A DNA stretch of 26,263 nt from positions 1 to 26,263 of the IMG/VR virus record IMGVR_UViG_3300037458_000421. One strand, given 5' to 3'. The notes under the pieces are model-generated. The model saw only the letters and a program-made list of their open reading frames with translations. It ran no database searches and was not told the DNA's origin. The DNA comes from a virus. Lineage: Duplodnaviria; Caudoviricetes. The translations under genes were made by a program, and so were the position numbers. Position 1 is the stretch's first letter. The number at the start of each line of letters is the position of its first letter. Positions 1 to 8,005 of this stretch are shown one piece after another.

Positions 1-424
1 GGTCGAGGAAGCGAAAGAGATAGAGAAGCGCGTCAAACAGGGGTGGTGTGAGTGGCCGCCGAAGGCACTGCGGGTGGCTGAGGCGACCGCGCAGTTGCAG
101 GCGCTGAAGGCTGAAGTGGTTCCGGATTGCGTCTGGAAGGTGTCACATCGCGCCTTTGAGGTTGGTGGTGTGGACGTGGTGCTTGAGTGCCGGATCATGG
201 CGACGTGGTGGGCCAGCGTGACGGTCTCAATCGAGGTCAAGCCGAGTCTCGGCGATGACTTCCCTGCGGTGTTGCGCGCGATGAAACGGTGGGACACGAC
301 GGGTCGGCGGGTGCTGGTCGTGGGTCAGTATGCCGGTCGTGGGGCAACGCGGGACCAGGTGGCCGCGATGTTCGGCGCGGACAGGATCGCAGTTGTGTGG
401 CTTGAGGATGGGCTGGATACGTGA
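1..424 (+). CDS. 5'-truncated hypothetical protein, PD-(D/E)XK nuclease-like fold
   Basis: Frame is open from position 2 (VEEAKEIEKRVKQGWCEW...) to TGA 424. Has GGVDVVL...SIEVKPSLGDDFPAVLRAMKR, a D...ExK pattern. Confidence 0.5.
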   Translation, partial: VEEAKEIEKRVKQGWCEWPPKALRVAEATAQLQALKAEVVPDCVWKVSHRAFEVGGVDVVLECRIMATWWASVTVSIEVKPSLGDDFPAVLRAMKRWDTTGRRVLVVGQYAGRGATRDQVAAMFGADRIAVVWLEDGLDT

Positions 425-525
425 TGGAACTGCAGCCGTGGTCATGCGAAAATAGGCGGGACGAACGACGGGTGGTGCCGTCGAACGTCCCTGACCACAC
501 CCACGCGCATAGGAGGCGCGGCGGC

Positions 526-1101
526 ATGGCTGACGTCCAGTCTACTTCAGAGTTCGCTGTTCAAGAGTTAATAGAGAGGCTTTTGCCAGAAGCCCATCGC
601 GCCATCGACGCCATCGTGAAGGATGAGGTGTTCGGTGTGAACGGGCCGAACGAAAGTCCGATCGAAGCCCTGTTCGCTGGGGCATGGGAATTGAACTGGC
701 GATTGTTTGGCGATTCGACTCATTTCTTTTGTCAACTGGAGCCTCAGTGCGAGGTCTCGATCGGCGATCAGGTCGTGAGGCTGGATTTTAGGGTGCATTT
801 TGGGGAATTCAGATCGCCGTATCCAGGGTTTGACAGTGCGTGGTGCGACAAAGTCGCCGTCGAACTTGATGGGCATGAGTTTCATGAACGGACGAAGGAG
901 CAAGTGGCCAAAAGGAATTGGCGCGACAGACTGCTGCAAGCTGACGGATGGAAGGTGTTTCACTTTGCAGGAAGCGAAGTGTGGAGGCGCCCACTTCGAT
1001 GCGCTGACGAAGTGATGAACTACTGCCAAGACGAAGTTAGCCGGCAGTACATCGCACGGCGGGAGGCCTACCGTGCGAGTCGTGCAACCACGGAACAGTA
1101 G
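526..1101 (+). CDS. DUF559/Vsr-like endonuclease-domain protein
   Basis: AGGAGG at 511-516 precedes ATG 526. Motifs ESPIE, Q.EV..G...RLDF, VAVELDGHEFHE..KEQ....WRDRLLQADGWKVFHFAGSEVW. Alternative coupled GTG start at 421. Confidence 0.8.
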   Translation: MADVQSTSEFAVQELIERLLPEAHRAIDAIVKDEVFGVNGPNESPIEALFAGAWELNWRLFGDSTHFFCQLEPQCEVSIGDQVVRLDFRVHFGEFRSPYPGFDSAWCDKVAVELDGHEFHERTKEQVAKRNWRDRLLQADGWKVFHFAGSEVWRRPLRCADEVMNYCQDEVSRQYIARREAYRASRATTEQ

Positions 1102-1102
1102 G

Positions 1103-1969
1103 ATGGCGCGCATCCGCACGATCAAGCCCGAGTTCTTCCACGATGAGGACGTGGCGGCCTTGCCGGCGCTCGACCGCCTCGTCTACATCGGCCTCTGGAC
1201 CCAGGCCGACAAGGCCGGGCGCCTCGAGGACCGGCCCCGGCGCCTGAAAGTGCTGCTGCTGCCCTACGACGACGCCGACTTCGACGCCATCCTCGCCCGC
1301 TTGGTCGCTGCCCACTTCCTCGTGCGCTACGCCATCGACGGGGGCCGCTACCTGCAGGTGCGAACCTGGGACAAGCACCAGCGTCCCCACCCCACCGAGC
1401 CAGAGAGCAGTTACCCCCCGCCCCCCGACCCGCCCCCTCTCCCCCCGGCACCCCCCTTACCGGAAGGGGTAGGGAAAGGAAGAGGAAGGGAGGTGACTTT
1501 CGACAAGTCGAAAGTTGCCTCACCGTCTCCCAACGGTGCCGACACCGTTGTCGAACCGTTGTCCCCCAGCAAGGCACCGTCGAAGGTCGAGGCGTTCGTC
1601 GCCGCCTGGAACGACCTCACCACGCCACCCATTGGCCGCTGCCGGGAAATCACCGCCCGTCGCCGCACGGCCATCACGGCCCGCTTGCGGGAGCGGTCGC
1701 TGGAAGACTGGCAGGAGGTGTTCCGGCGCATCGAGGCGTCAGCGTTCTGCCGGGGCCAAAACGCCCGCGGGTGGCACGCTGACATTGACTTCGTGCTGCA
1801 GCCGGATACGGCCGCCAAGGTGCTGGAGGGCAAATACGACGACCGCACGCCCCAGGCGGCAAGTGGCGGGTGCGGCCATACGCCACCCTGCCGCACGCTG
1901 ACGGAGCACCGGGACCGCAGCCTCGCGGAGATGCGCGCCGAGGAAGCCGAGGTGGCCCATGCGTCCTAG
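1103..1969 (+). CDS. Phage replication initiator protein (N-terminal HTH-like domain, Pro/Gly linker, C-terminal replication domain)
   Basis: MARIRTIKPEFF..E....L....RL.YIGLWTQADKAGR...W.KHQ N-terminus. Linker PEGVGKGRGRE. C-terminus S.FCRGQN.RGW.ADIDFVLQP....KVLEGKY, typical of phage replication proteins. Confidence 0.85.
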   Translation: MARIRTIKPEFFHDEDVAALPALDRLVYIGLWTQADKAGRLEDRPRRLKVLLLPYDDADFDAILARLVAAHFLVRYAIDGGRYLQVRTWDKHQRPHPTEPESSYPPPPDPPPLPPAPPLPEGVGKGRGREVTFDKSKVASPSPNGADTVVEPLSPSKAPSKVEAFVAAWNDLTTPPIGRCREITARRRTAITARLRERSLEDWQEVFRRIEASAFCRGQNARGWHADIDFVLQPDTAAKVLEGKYDDRTPQAASGGCGHTPPCRTLTEHRDRSLAEMRAEEAEVAHAS

Positions 1970-2132
1970 TCCGTCCGACTGCCAGCTCTGCGACGACACC
2001 GGCTGGCGCGTCCATCCGCTGCGGGGCACCCACGTGTGGTGCGAGTGCCCGAAGGGGCAGGCGATGCGCGCGGCATATCAGGCCCGGCGGGCCGCCCGGG
2101 TGAAGCGGGCCAAGGCGCGGAGGGCGGCATGA
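1959..2132 (+). CDS. Small Zn-binding protein (57 aa), absent from the ORF track
   Basis: Translated by hand: MRPSPSDCQLCDDTGWRVHPLRGTHVWCECPKGQAMRAAYQARRAARVKRAKARRAA*. CxxCxDTGW...CxC motif. GAGGTGG upstream; ATGA-coupled to the next gene. Confidence 0.65.
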   Translation: MRPSPSDCQLCDDTGWRVHPLRGTHVWCECPKGQAMRAAYQARRAARVKRAKARRAA

Positions 2133-2422
2133 GCCGCTACGCGCGCCGCGTCGATGGTCCACACCGCGCCATCCGCCAGGCGCTCGAGGCGGCCGGGTGC
2201 CTGGTGCTCGACGTCTCGGCCGCCGCCGGGTTGGGCTGCGACCTGGTGGTCATCCGGGGCGACCGCTGCCGGGTGGTCGAGGTGAAGGACGGGCACAAGG
2301 CGCCGTCCAAGCGCCAGCTGACCGACTCGGAGGCGGCCCTGCTGCTGCGGGCCCCCCAGGTCTACCGCATCATCGGGTCCGTGGACGAGGCGCTGCGGGT
2401 CGCCGGGGAGCTCGTCCGGTGA
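2129..2422 (+). CDS. Small PD-(D/E)XK nuclease (VRR-NUC / Holliday-junction-resolvase-like)
   Basis: ARRVD..H.AIRQALEAAG..V.D.S...G.GCDLVV......VVEVKDG.K.PS.RQLT..E. Confidence 0.75.
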   Translation: MSRYARRVDGPHRAIRQALEAAGCLVLDVSAAAGLGCDLVVIRGDRCRVVEVKDGHKAPSKRQLTDSEAALLLRAPQVYRIIGSVDEALRVAGELVR

Positions 2423-2949
2423 TCCGCTGGCTGGCCGCCGTGGTGCTGGGGCTGGCCGTCGTCGTGGCGACGCTGACGGCTGCCGTGGCTGTCCCGGGCG
2501 CCTGGCTGGCGCTCGGGCTGCGATCGCTGGCTGAGTGGCTACGCGTGCATGGCCGGACGCCTGCGCGTCCCTACGAGCCAGCCAGACGGCCTAGCGACGA
2601 CGTGCCCGGCGCCGGACCGCTGCCGCTGCCGCCACGGCCGACCCCGGCAGAGCGAGTCACTCTGCCGCGGCCAGAAAGTGAGGTGGAACTATGGCGATTC
2701 GTGGCCGACCGTTTCCCCGAGGCGTCCGCACCGGACCTGGGCGGGCGAAGGGGGTGCCCAACAAGGCCACCCAAGACATCAAAGCGTTCTGTCGGGAGTT
2801 TCTCTCGTCCGAGAATTACCGTCAAAGCGCCGCGCGGCGTGTTCTGGCTGGTGAGGCCCCACACTTGGAAACGCTCTACTACCACTACGGGTACGGCAAG
2901 CCGCGTGAGACCTTGGCGATTGAGGATGGACGAAAGCCGTTGCCGCTGA
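2419..2949 (+). CDS. Hypothetical membrane protein; 3' part overlaps terS out of frame
   Basis: GTGA coupling at 2419-2422. Hydrophobic N-terminus IRWLAAVVLGLAVVVATLTAAVAVPGAWLALGL, then a Pro-rich segment. Confidence 0.45.
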   Translation: MIRWLAAVVLGLAVVVATLTAAVAVPGAWLALGLRSLAEWLRVHGRTPARPYEPARRPSDDVPGAGPLPLPPRPTPAERVTLPRPESEVELWRFVADRFPEASAPDLGGRRGCPTRPPKTSKRSVGSFSRPRITVKAPRGVFWLVRPHTWKRSTTTTGTASRVRPWRLRMDESRCR

Positions 2950-2978
2950 TCATCGACATGCGTGATGCCAACGATTAG
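2691..2978 (+). CDS. terS: Putative terminase small subunit
   Basis: GAGGTGG RBS. GRPFPRG..GPGRAKGVPNKAT..IK and YGYGKP motifs. Lies directly upstream of terL. Confidence 0.7.
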   Translation: MAIRGRPFPRGVRTGPGRAKGVPNKATQDIKAFCREFLSSENYRQSAARRVLAGEAPHLETLYYHYGYGKPRETLAIEDGRKPLPLIIDMRDAND

Positions 2979-4281
2979 GCCGCATCGGTTTCAGCGAGCG
3001 GTGATCGGGGCTGGCTGGAATATCTCTCGCAGTGGAACCGACCAGATCATAGAGCCTGGCCGAGCGAGGTTTCGAGTCGCCGTGGCTGGAAGACGATTCG
3101 GCAAAACGACCCTTGGTGGTCTCGACATCCTCTGTGCTGCCAAAGCGTGTGACTCCAAGACATCCAATGATCGCATCTGGTATGTCGCCCCGACGCGCGT
3201 AATGGCAAGGGATATCTTCTGGCGTCCGTTGAAGCAACTCATCACGCCAGACATGTGGCGCAAGCCGCCCAATGAGACGAATCTTGAAATTCAACTCGTG
3301 AACGGCGCGTTGATTCAAGTGCTTGGCGCCGAAGACCCCGACAGCCTGCGGGGCCGCGGCCCCTGGCACGTCGTGATCGACGAGTATGCCGACATGGCGC
3401 CCGAGGCATGGACCGAGGTCATCCGCCCCGCGCTCGCCGACACCAAAGGCTCGGCGCTGTTCCTCGGGACGCCGAAAGCCTACAACCACTTCTACGACCT
3501 CTACCGCCTGGCGATGGACGGCGCCGCCGGCTGGCAGGCGTGGCAGTTCCGCACGATCGACAACCCGCACCTCGACCCCGTCGAAGTCGAAGCCGCCCGG
3601 TCCCAGCTCGACCCACGCACGTTCCGGCAGGAGTTCGAGGCGTCGTTCGAGTCCGTCTCCGGGCGGGCCTACTACGCCTTCGACCGCACCCTGCATGTCG
3701 CGCCCGTCACGCTGACGCCGGCCGTCGAGGTGTGCGTCAGCTTTGACTTCAACGTCGAGCCCGCCACGTGCGTCATCGGCCAGAAGCTGGGTGACACACT
3801 GCAGGTCTGGCGCGAGGTGTGGACGGCGCACGCCGGCGGCGAGGCGACCCGGGCGTGTGCGCGGCAAGCCCGGGCGCTGCTTGAACAGGTGGGCTGGACG
3901 GGCCCCGTCGCCATCTACGGCGACCCCGCCGGCACGGCGCGCAAGACCACGGGCCCCAGTGACCACGCCGTGGTGCGCGACGTGTTCCCCCGGGCCATCT
4001 GGCGCATCCGGTCCCGGGCGCCGCACGTGCGCGACCGCGTCTCGGCGGTCAACGGGCGCTGCGAGACGATGGACGGCACGCGGCACGCCTGCCTCGACCC
4101 GTCGTGCCGCCATCTCATCGCCGATCTGGAGCAGGTCACGTTCGCGGCCAACGGCGACCTCGACAAGTCCAACCCGATGCTGACGCACATCTCCGACGCG
4201 CTGGGCTACTGGGTGGAGATGGAGTGGCCGGCGCGCAAGGTCGTGCCGCTGCAAGCGACCTGGCTGGAGCGGTTCGCATGA
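2965..4281 (+). CDS. terL: Terminase large subunit
   Basis: Walker A RFRVAVAGRRFGKTT, WYVAPT, GAEDPDSLRG, Walker B VVIDEYA, FLGTPK. Nuclease motifs VSFDFNV, YGDPAG, HISDALGY. Confidence 0.95.
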   Translation: MPTIRPHRFQRAVIGAGWNISRSGTDQIIEPGRARFRVAVAGRRFGKTTLGGLDILCAAKACDSKTSNDRIWYVAPTRVMARDIFWRPLKQLITPDMWRKPPNETNLEIQLVNGALIQVLGAEDPDSLRGRGPWHVVIDEYADMAPEAWTEVIRPALADTKGSALFLGTPKAYNHFYDLYRLAMDGAAGWQAWQFRTIDNPHLDPVEVEAARSQLDPRTFRQEFEASFESVSGRAYYAFDRTLHVAPVTLTPAVEVCVSFDFNVEPATCVIGQKLGDTLQVWREVWTAHAGGEATRACARQARALLEQVGWTGPVAIYGDPAGTARKTTGPSDHAVVRDVFPRAIWRIRSRAPHVRDRVSAVNGRCETMDGTRHACLDPSCRHLIADLEQVTFAANGDLDKSNPMLTHISDALGYWVEMEWPARKVVPLQATWLERFA

Positions 4282-4358
4282 CACGGCCCATCCGGCAGGG
4301 GACGCTGCGTCCGTGGCGGCTGTGTCCGGCCTGCTGGCAACGGCCCCCGGAGCGGTAG

Positions 4359-4565
4359 ATGGCCAGTCGCGTCCTGCGCTTCCGCGTCACCGTGATGGAC
4401 CTCGAGCAGCTCCAGGCGGCGGCCGCCGAGGTGGGCGTGCCCCTCTCCACACTGGTGCGCGAAGCCGTGGCGCTCTATCTGGCCGACCTCTACGACGAGC
4501 CGGTCCCGACCTTCCCGGTCAACACGCCCACCCCCTGTCCTACACCCCGCCCCCGGGCCTCGTAG
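4359..4565 (+). CDS. Ribbon-helix-helix (CopG/Arc-like) DNA-binding protein
   Basis: RVLRFRV strand, then DLEQLQAAAAEVGVPLSTLVREAVALYL helices. Confidence 0.7.
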   Translation: MASRVLRFRVTVMDLEQLQAAAAEVGVPLSTLVREAVALYLADLYDEPVPTFPVNTPTPCPTPRPRAS

Positions 4566-4573
4566 GCTACCGT

Positions 4574-4648
4574 CGCGGGGCCAAAGGCCCGTGATACCTC
4601 ATCCCGACGGGTGACGCGCGCACCCGTCGATCGAGGTGGCCGCCCGCG
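4574..4648 (+). promoter_or_regulatory. Nested stem-loop leader upstream of portal
   Basis: CGACGGGTG (4605-13)/CACCCGTCG (4621-29) is a perfect 9-bp stem, enclosed by ACCTC/GAGGT and CGCGGG/CCCGCG. GGGCC-AAA-GGCCC is a competing hairpin. Confidence 0.45.
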
Positions 4649-4655
4649 GGGACTG

Positions 4656-6200
4656 ATGGCCGACTACGTCAGCACCAGCACCAGCACGCCCGTGCTCTAT
4701 CGGGCGCACCCGATCTACGACAAGCTCAAGGCGTCGTGGGAGAAACTCGCGTACGCCGTCGAGGGCACCGGCGGCTTTGCCGACGGCACCTACCTGGTCG
4801 CGCACCCGCGCGAGTATCTCGACCACCAGCTCGACACGCCCACCAAGCCCACCAAGAAGCTACTGGAGCGCCGCACGCTGGCGCGCTACGAGCACTGGCC
4901 GCGCACCATCCTCGGGCTGCTGGCGGGCGGCCTGTTCCGCCTTCCGCCGATTCGCCGTGTGGGCCCCGCCGACGCCGCGACGCCACATCCGCTGGCGTTG
5001 TGGTGGGAGGACGTCGATGGGCACGGTACCCCGATTGACGAGTTCCTGCGGCGAGCCTGGGATGGCGCGGCGACCTTCGGCCACGTGTTCCTGCTCTTCG
5101 ACCGGCCGGCCACGGCGGCGACCACGGCGGCCGATGCCGCGGCGCCCTACCTACGGGTCTACAGCCCGTTGGACGTGCCCGACTGGCTGACCGATGACAC
5201 GGGCACGCTGACGGCCGTGCGCCTCGTGGAGGCGGTCCCACGCACCACGTTCGACGGCGAGACCGGCACGCAGATCCGCGACGTGACGGCCGAGGGCTGG
5301 ACGGTGCAAACCCGCACGGTCGATGGCCGCGTGGACCGCACGGCCGTCGCCAGTGGCGCGCATGACTACCAGGGCGCGCTCCCCGTCGTGGTGCTCTACG
5401 GCACTCGGCCGATGCTCACGCCCGTGGTGGGCCAGTCGGTGCTGGGGGACCCCAAGGTCATCATCGACCACTACAACCTCATTTCCGAGCACCGGGAGCT
5501 GCTTCGCAAGCAGACGTTCGCGTTGCTCAACGTGCCGCTCGGGACCGGGCCCGATGCGGTGCAGGTCACCGATGCGCAGGCGATGCTAGGCCAGGTCGCC
5601 GGCACCGCCAACGTCGCGTTCACGCCGTTGGCCGCGTCGTTCCTTTCGCCCGACAAAGCCAACGTCGATGCCTACGCGGAGGAGCGCGAACGGCTGGAGC
5701 GGGCGATGTTCCGGATGGCCGGCTTGCCCTGGGAGGCCGACAGCCGGGACGCCGAGGCCGCCGACAGTCGCCGCCTGAAGCGCGAAGACCTGAACCAGAC
5801 GCTCGCCACCTATGCCGACTACGTCGAGCAGGCGGACGTGGCGCTCGCGGAACTGTGGTTTCGCGCCACCTACGGCTCGCGCTGGGAGGCTGAGTGGGAG
5901 GACGCGCGCGTCACGATCGCCTATCCCGACACCTTCGATAGCGAAGTGCTCGACGACACGTTGACGCGCGCGCAACTGGCGTTGTCGCTGCGACTGGGCA
6001 AGACCGCCGAGGCGAGCGTGCGAAAGGCGCTGGTGAGCAAACTGCTGGCTGCCGAGCGGGAGGACGTGGTCCAGCAAGCGCACGCCGACATCGACGCCAT
6101 GCCAGACCCGGAAGTTGAACGGCAGGACCGCATGACCGCGATGAGCCAGGCGTTCGGCAAGGCGCCGGCGGATGACGCCGAGGACGACGCCGATGCCTGA
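4656..6200 (+). CDS. Portal protein
   Basis: Position after terL, about 514 aa. HP.Y......W....YAVEG.GG...TYL..HPRE, W.DVDG.GT.IDEF, ATFGHVF.L.DRP, PYL..YSP.DV.DW. Confidence 0.9.
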   Translation: MADYVSTSTSTPVLYRAHPIYDKLKASWEKLAYAVEGTGGFADGTYLVAHPREYLDHQLDTPTKPTKKLLERRTLARYEHWPRTILGLLAGGLFRLPPIRRVGPADAATPHPLALWWEDVDGHGTPIDEFLRRAWDGAATFGHVFLLFDRPATAATTAADAAAPYLRVYSPLDVPDWLTDDTGTLTAVRLVEAVPRTTFDGETGTQIRDVTAEGWTVQTRTVDGRVDRTAVASGAHDYQGALPVVVLYGTRPMLTPVVGQSVLGDPKVIIDHYNLISEHRELLRKQTFALLNVPLGTGPDAVQVTDAQAMLGQVAGTANVAFTPLAASFLSPDKANVDAYAEERERLERAMFRMAGLPWEADSRDAEAADSRRLKREDLNQTLATYADYVEQADVALAELWFRATYGSRWEAEWEDARVTIAYPDTFDSEVLDDTLTRAQLALSLRLGKTAEASVRKALVSKLLAAEREDVVQQAHADIDAMPDPEVERQDRMTAMSQAFGKAPADDAEDDADA

Positions 6201-7074
6201 GGAGACCCGGCACCTGCTGTCGGCGGCCGAGCGGCTCGCGGCGCTCATCGACACGCTCAGCGAGGCCTTCGCCGCCGAGCTGGCCGACGTGCTGCGTGGC
6301 ACCGAGCGGCGTCTGACGCGCCTCGTCGTGGCCGCGATGGAGGGGCCGCGAGCGGGCCGGCGTACGCGACTGGCCGAGGCGGCCCGGGTCGCGGCGTTGC
6401 GTGACCAGATGCGCGAGGCGTTGCGGGCGGCCGGCTACGACGACCTCGCCGAGACGGCGGTGCGCGCGGGCCTCGACCGTGTGATCGCCACCGTGCGGCG
6501 CACGACGGTGGGCGGCCAGGTCTCGCGGTTCGTCACGTCGGCGATCGCTCAGCGGCTCGATACCCTGCGCGTGCTCGCGACGACCGACCTGCTCCACCAG
6601 GGCGACGTGATCGCGCAGGCGCTCTATCGCGCGGTGCGGGATGGCGTGCTCAGCGAGGCGCCGACGCCGGTGTTGCTCGAACGGCTCGCCGAGACGCTGG
6701 ACCTCGAAGTGCGGGAGGTGCGGACGCTCTATGACACCGCGACGGCCACCTACACGCGGATCTGGGAGGCCGAGGCGAGCACGGGCGAGGCCGGGGAGGT
6801 GTTTTTCTACGCCGGCCCGGTGGACGCCAAGATGCGGCCGTTCTGCGCGGACCACGTGGGGCAGGTGTTCACGCGGGCGGCGATCGACAAGCTCGACAAC
6901 GGGCAGCGGCTCGACGTGTTCCTGACGGGCGGCGGGTGGAATTGCCGGCACATCTGGATGCCGCTGTCCGACGTGTCGGAGTTGGCGCCACTGGCCAACA
7001 CGGGCGCGCGGGCGCCCGAGGTGGTCGAGGCGTTGCGGGACGTGCGGCCCGTGAAACGGGCGAGGGCGGCGTGA
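6193..7074 (+). CDS. Minor head morphogenesis protein (MuF / SPP1 gp7-like)
   Basis: Follows portal. Helical N-terminus; C-terminal YAGPVDAKMRPFC...GGGWNCRH.W.P. Confidence 0.85.
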   Translation: MPEETRHLLSAAERLAALIDTLSEAFAAELADVLRGTERRLTRLVVAAMEGPRAGRRTRLAEAARVAALRDQMREALRAAGYDDLAETAVRAGLDRVIATVRRTTVGGQVSRFVTSAIAQRLDTLRVLATTDLLHQGDVIAQALYRAVRDGVLSEAPTPVLLERLAETLDLEVREVRTLYDTATATYTRIWEAEASTGEAGEVFFYAGPVDAKMRPFCADHVGQVFTRAAIDKLDNGQRLDVFLTGGGWNCRHIWMPLSDVSELAPLANTGARAPEVVEALRDVRPVKRARAA

Positions 7075-7364
7075 TGCCCATCCATCTGCGGCAATCGTTC
7101 CGGTCGCTGCTGGGGCCGCTCGCGACGCGCGAAGACATGGAGAGCCTGGGCAAGTTGCTGATTGAGCGGATTCGGCGCCGCACGCTGGCGGGGCAGGATG
7201 CCGAGGGGCAGCCCTTCGCGGGCTACTCAGCGGGCTACGCGAAGCGCAAGAGCGACGCGCTCGGCACCACGCGCGTCGATCTGCAGATCTCGGGCGAGCT
7301 GCTCAACAACCTGACGGTCGTCGATGTCACCGAGCGCCGTGTGACGCTGGGGTGGAAGCGATGA
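7074..7364 (+). CDS. Virion morphogenesis / tail completion protein (Mu gpG / P2 gpS-like), N-terminal half
   Basis: IRRRT..GQD.EGQPF.GYS.GY.KRK....VDL..SG.LL..L. Confidence 0.7.
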   Translation: MPIHLRQSFRSLLGPLATREDMESLGKLLIERIRRRTLAGQDAEGQPFAGYSAGYAKRKSDALGTTRVDLQISGELLNNLTVVDVTERRVTLGWKR

Positions 7365-7582
7365 CACACAGGGGGCAACGTCCTCGCGTGAATCGCGGGA
7401 CGTTCATCCAGCAGTCGCGCGAGAAGACGCCGGAGCAGAAGGCGCTGTATCACCAGGTGCTGGGGGCGGGGCGGGGACGGGTGAAGCGGGCATTTCTCGG
7501 CGCGACGGACGCGGACCTGAGTGCCTTGGCCGCGGCGCTGCAGACGCGGATCCAACGGCGGCTGCGAGCGGCTGGGGGGTAA
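7361..7582 (+). CDS. Virion morphogenesis protein, C-terminal half
   Basis: KALYHQ.LGAGR..VKRAFLG.T.AD matches the family's C-terminal motif. ATGA overlap with the previous ORF. Confidence 0.65.
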   Translation: MTHRGQRPRVNRGTFIQQSREKTPEQKALYHQVLGAGRGRVKRAFLGATDADLSALAAALQTRIQRRLRAAGG

Positions 7583-7589
7583 AACGGAC

Positions 7590-7928
7590 ATGGCAGGCGG
7601 ATTCGACTCGGACGATCAGCGCAAGGCGTTCTTCGGCAAGTTGGCGAGCGGGACGCTGAAAGCGCGGAAGGCCGCTGCGCGGCGCAAGCCAGTATCCCGT
7701 GTGCTAGCGGATGTGGGATCTGGCTCAACAGACCCTGTTGATGCTGCACAGGAACTCGCCGGGCGGGTGGCACGTGGGCGGTATTCCAAGGCCATGAAAT
7801 CGCGCGCCACTACGTTGTTGCATGACGTCGCCACCAAGACCTCCAACCCTGTCGATGCCGTTCAGGAGTTAGCAACGCGAATCACACTCAGGACGAGTAA
7901 GTCTTTGTGGAGTCGCAGAAGCAAGTAG
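7590..7928 (+). CDS. Small basic hypothetical protein with internal duplication
   Basis: K/R-rich. Repeat VLADVGSGSTDPVDAAQELAGRV / LLHDVATKTSNPVDAVQELATRI, 38 aa apart. Confidence 0.7.
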   Translation: MAGGFDSDDQRKAFFGKLASGTLKARKAAARRKPVSRVLADVGSGSTDPVDAAQELAGRVARGRYSKAMKSRATTLLHDVATKTSNPVDAVQELATRITLRTSKSLWSRRSK

Positions 7929-7936
7929 GTCCACCC

Positions 7937-7991
7937 CAGCCCGCGCGGGGGCGTTGAACCCGTGCAGCCACCGGCAGGCGTGACGCGCCGG
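7937..7991 (+). promoter_or_regulatory. Tandem pseudoknot-like elements in scaffold gene leader
   Basis: Two units of CAGCC-N-stem-GGCGT(T)GA-stem', at 7937-7965 and 7965-7991. Confidence 0.4.
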
Positions 7992-8005
7992 AAGGACGAG
8001 AGACG

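Noticed and set aside
4611-7988. Shared 9-mer GTGACGCGC in the portal and scaffold leaders (4611, 7980)
   Set aside because: Short GC-rich word that is plausible by chance; not supportable as an operator without statistics.
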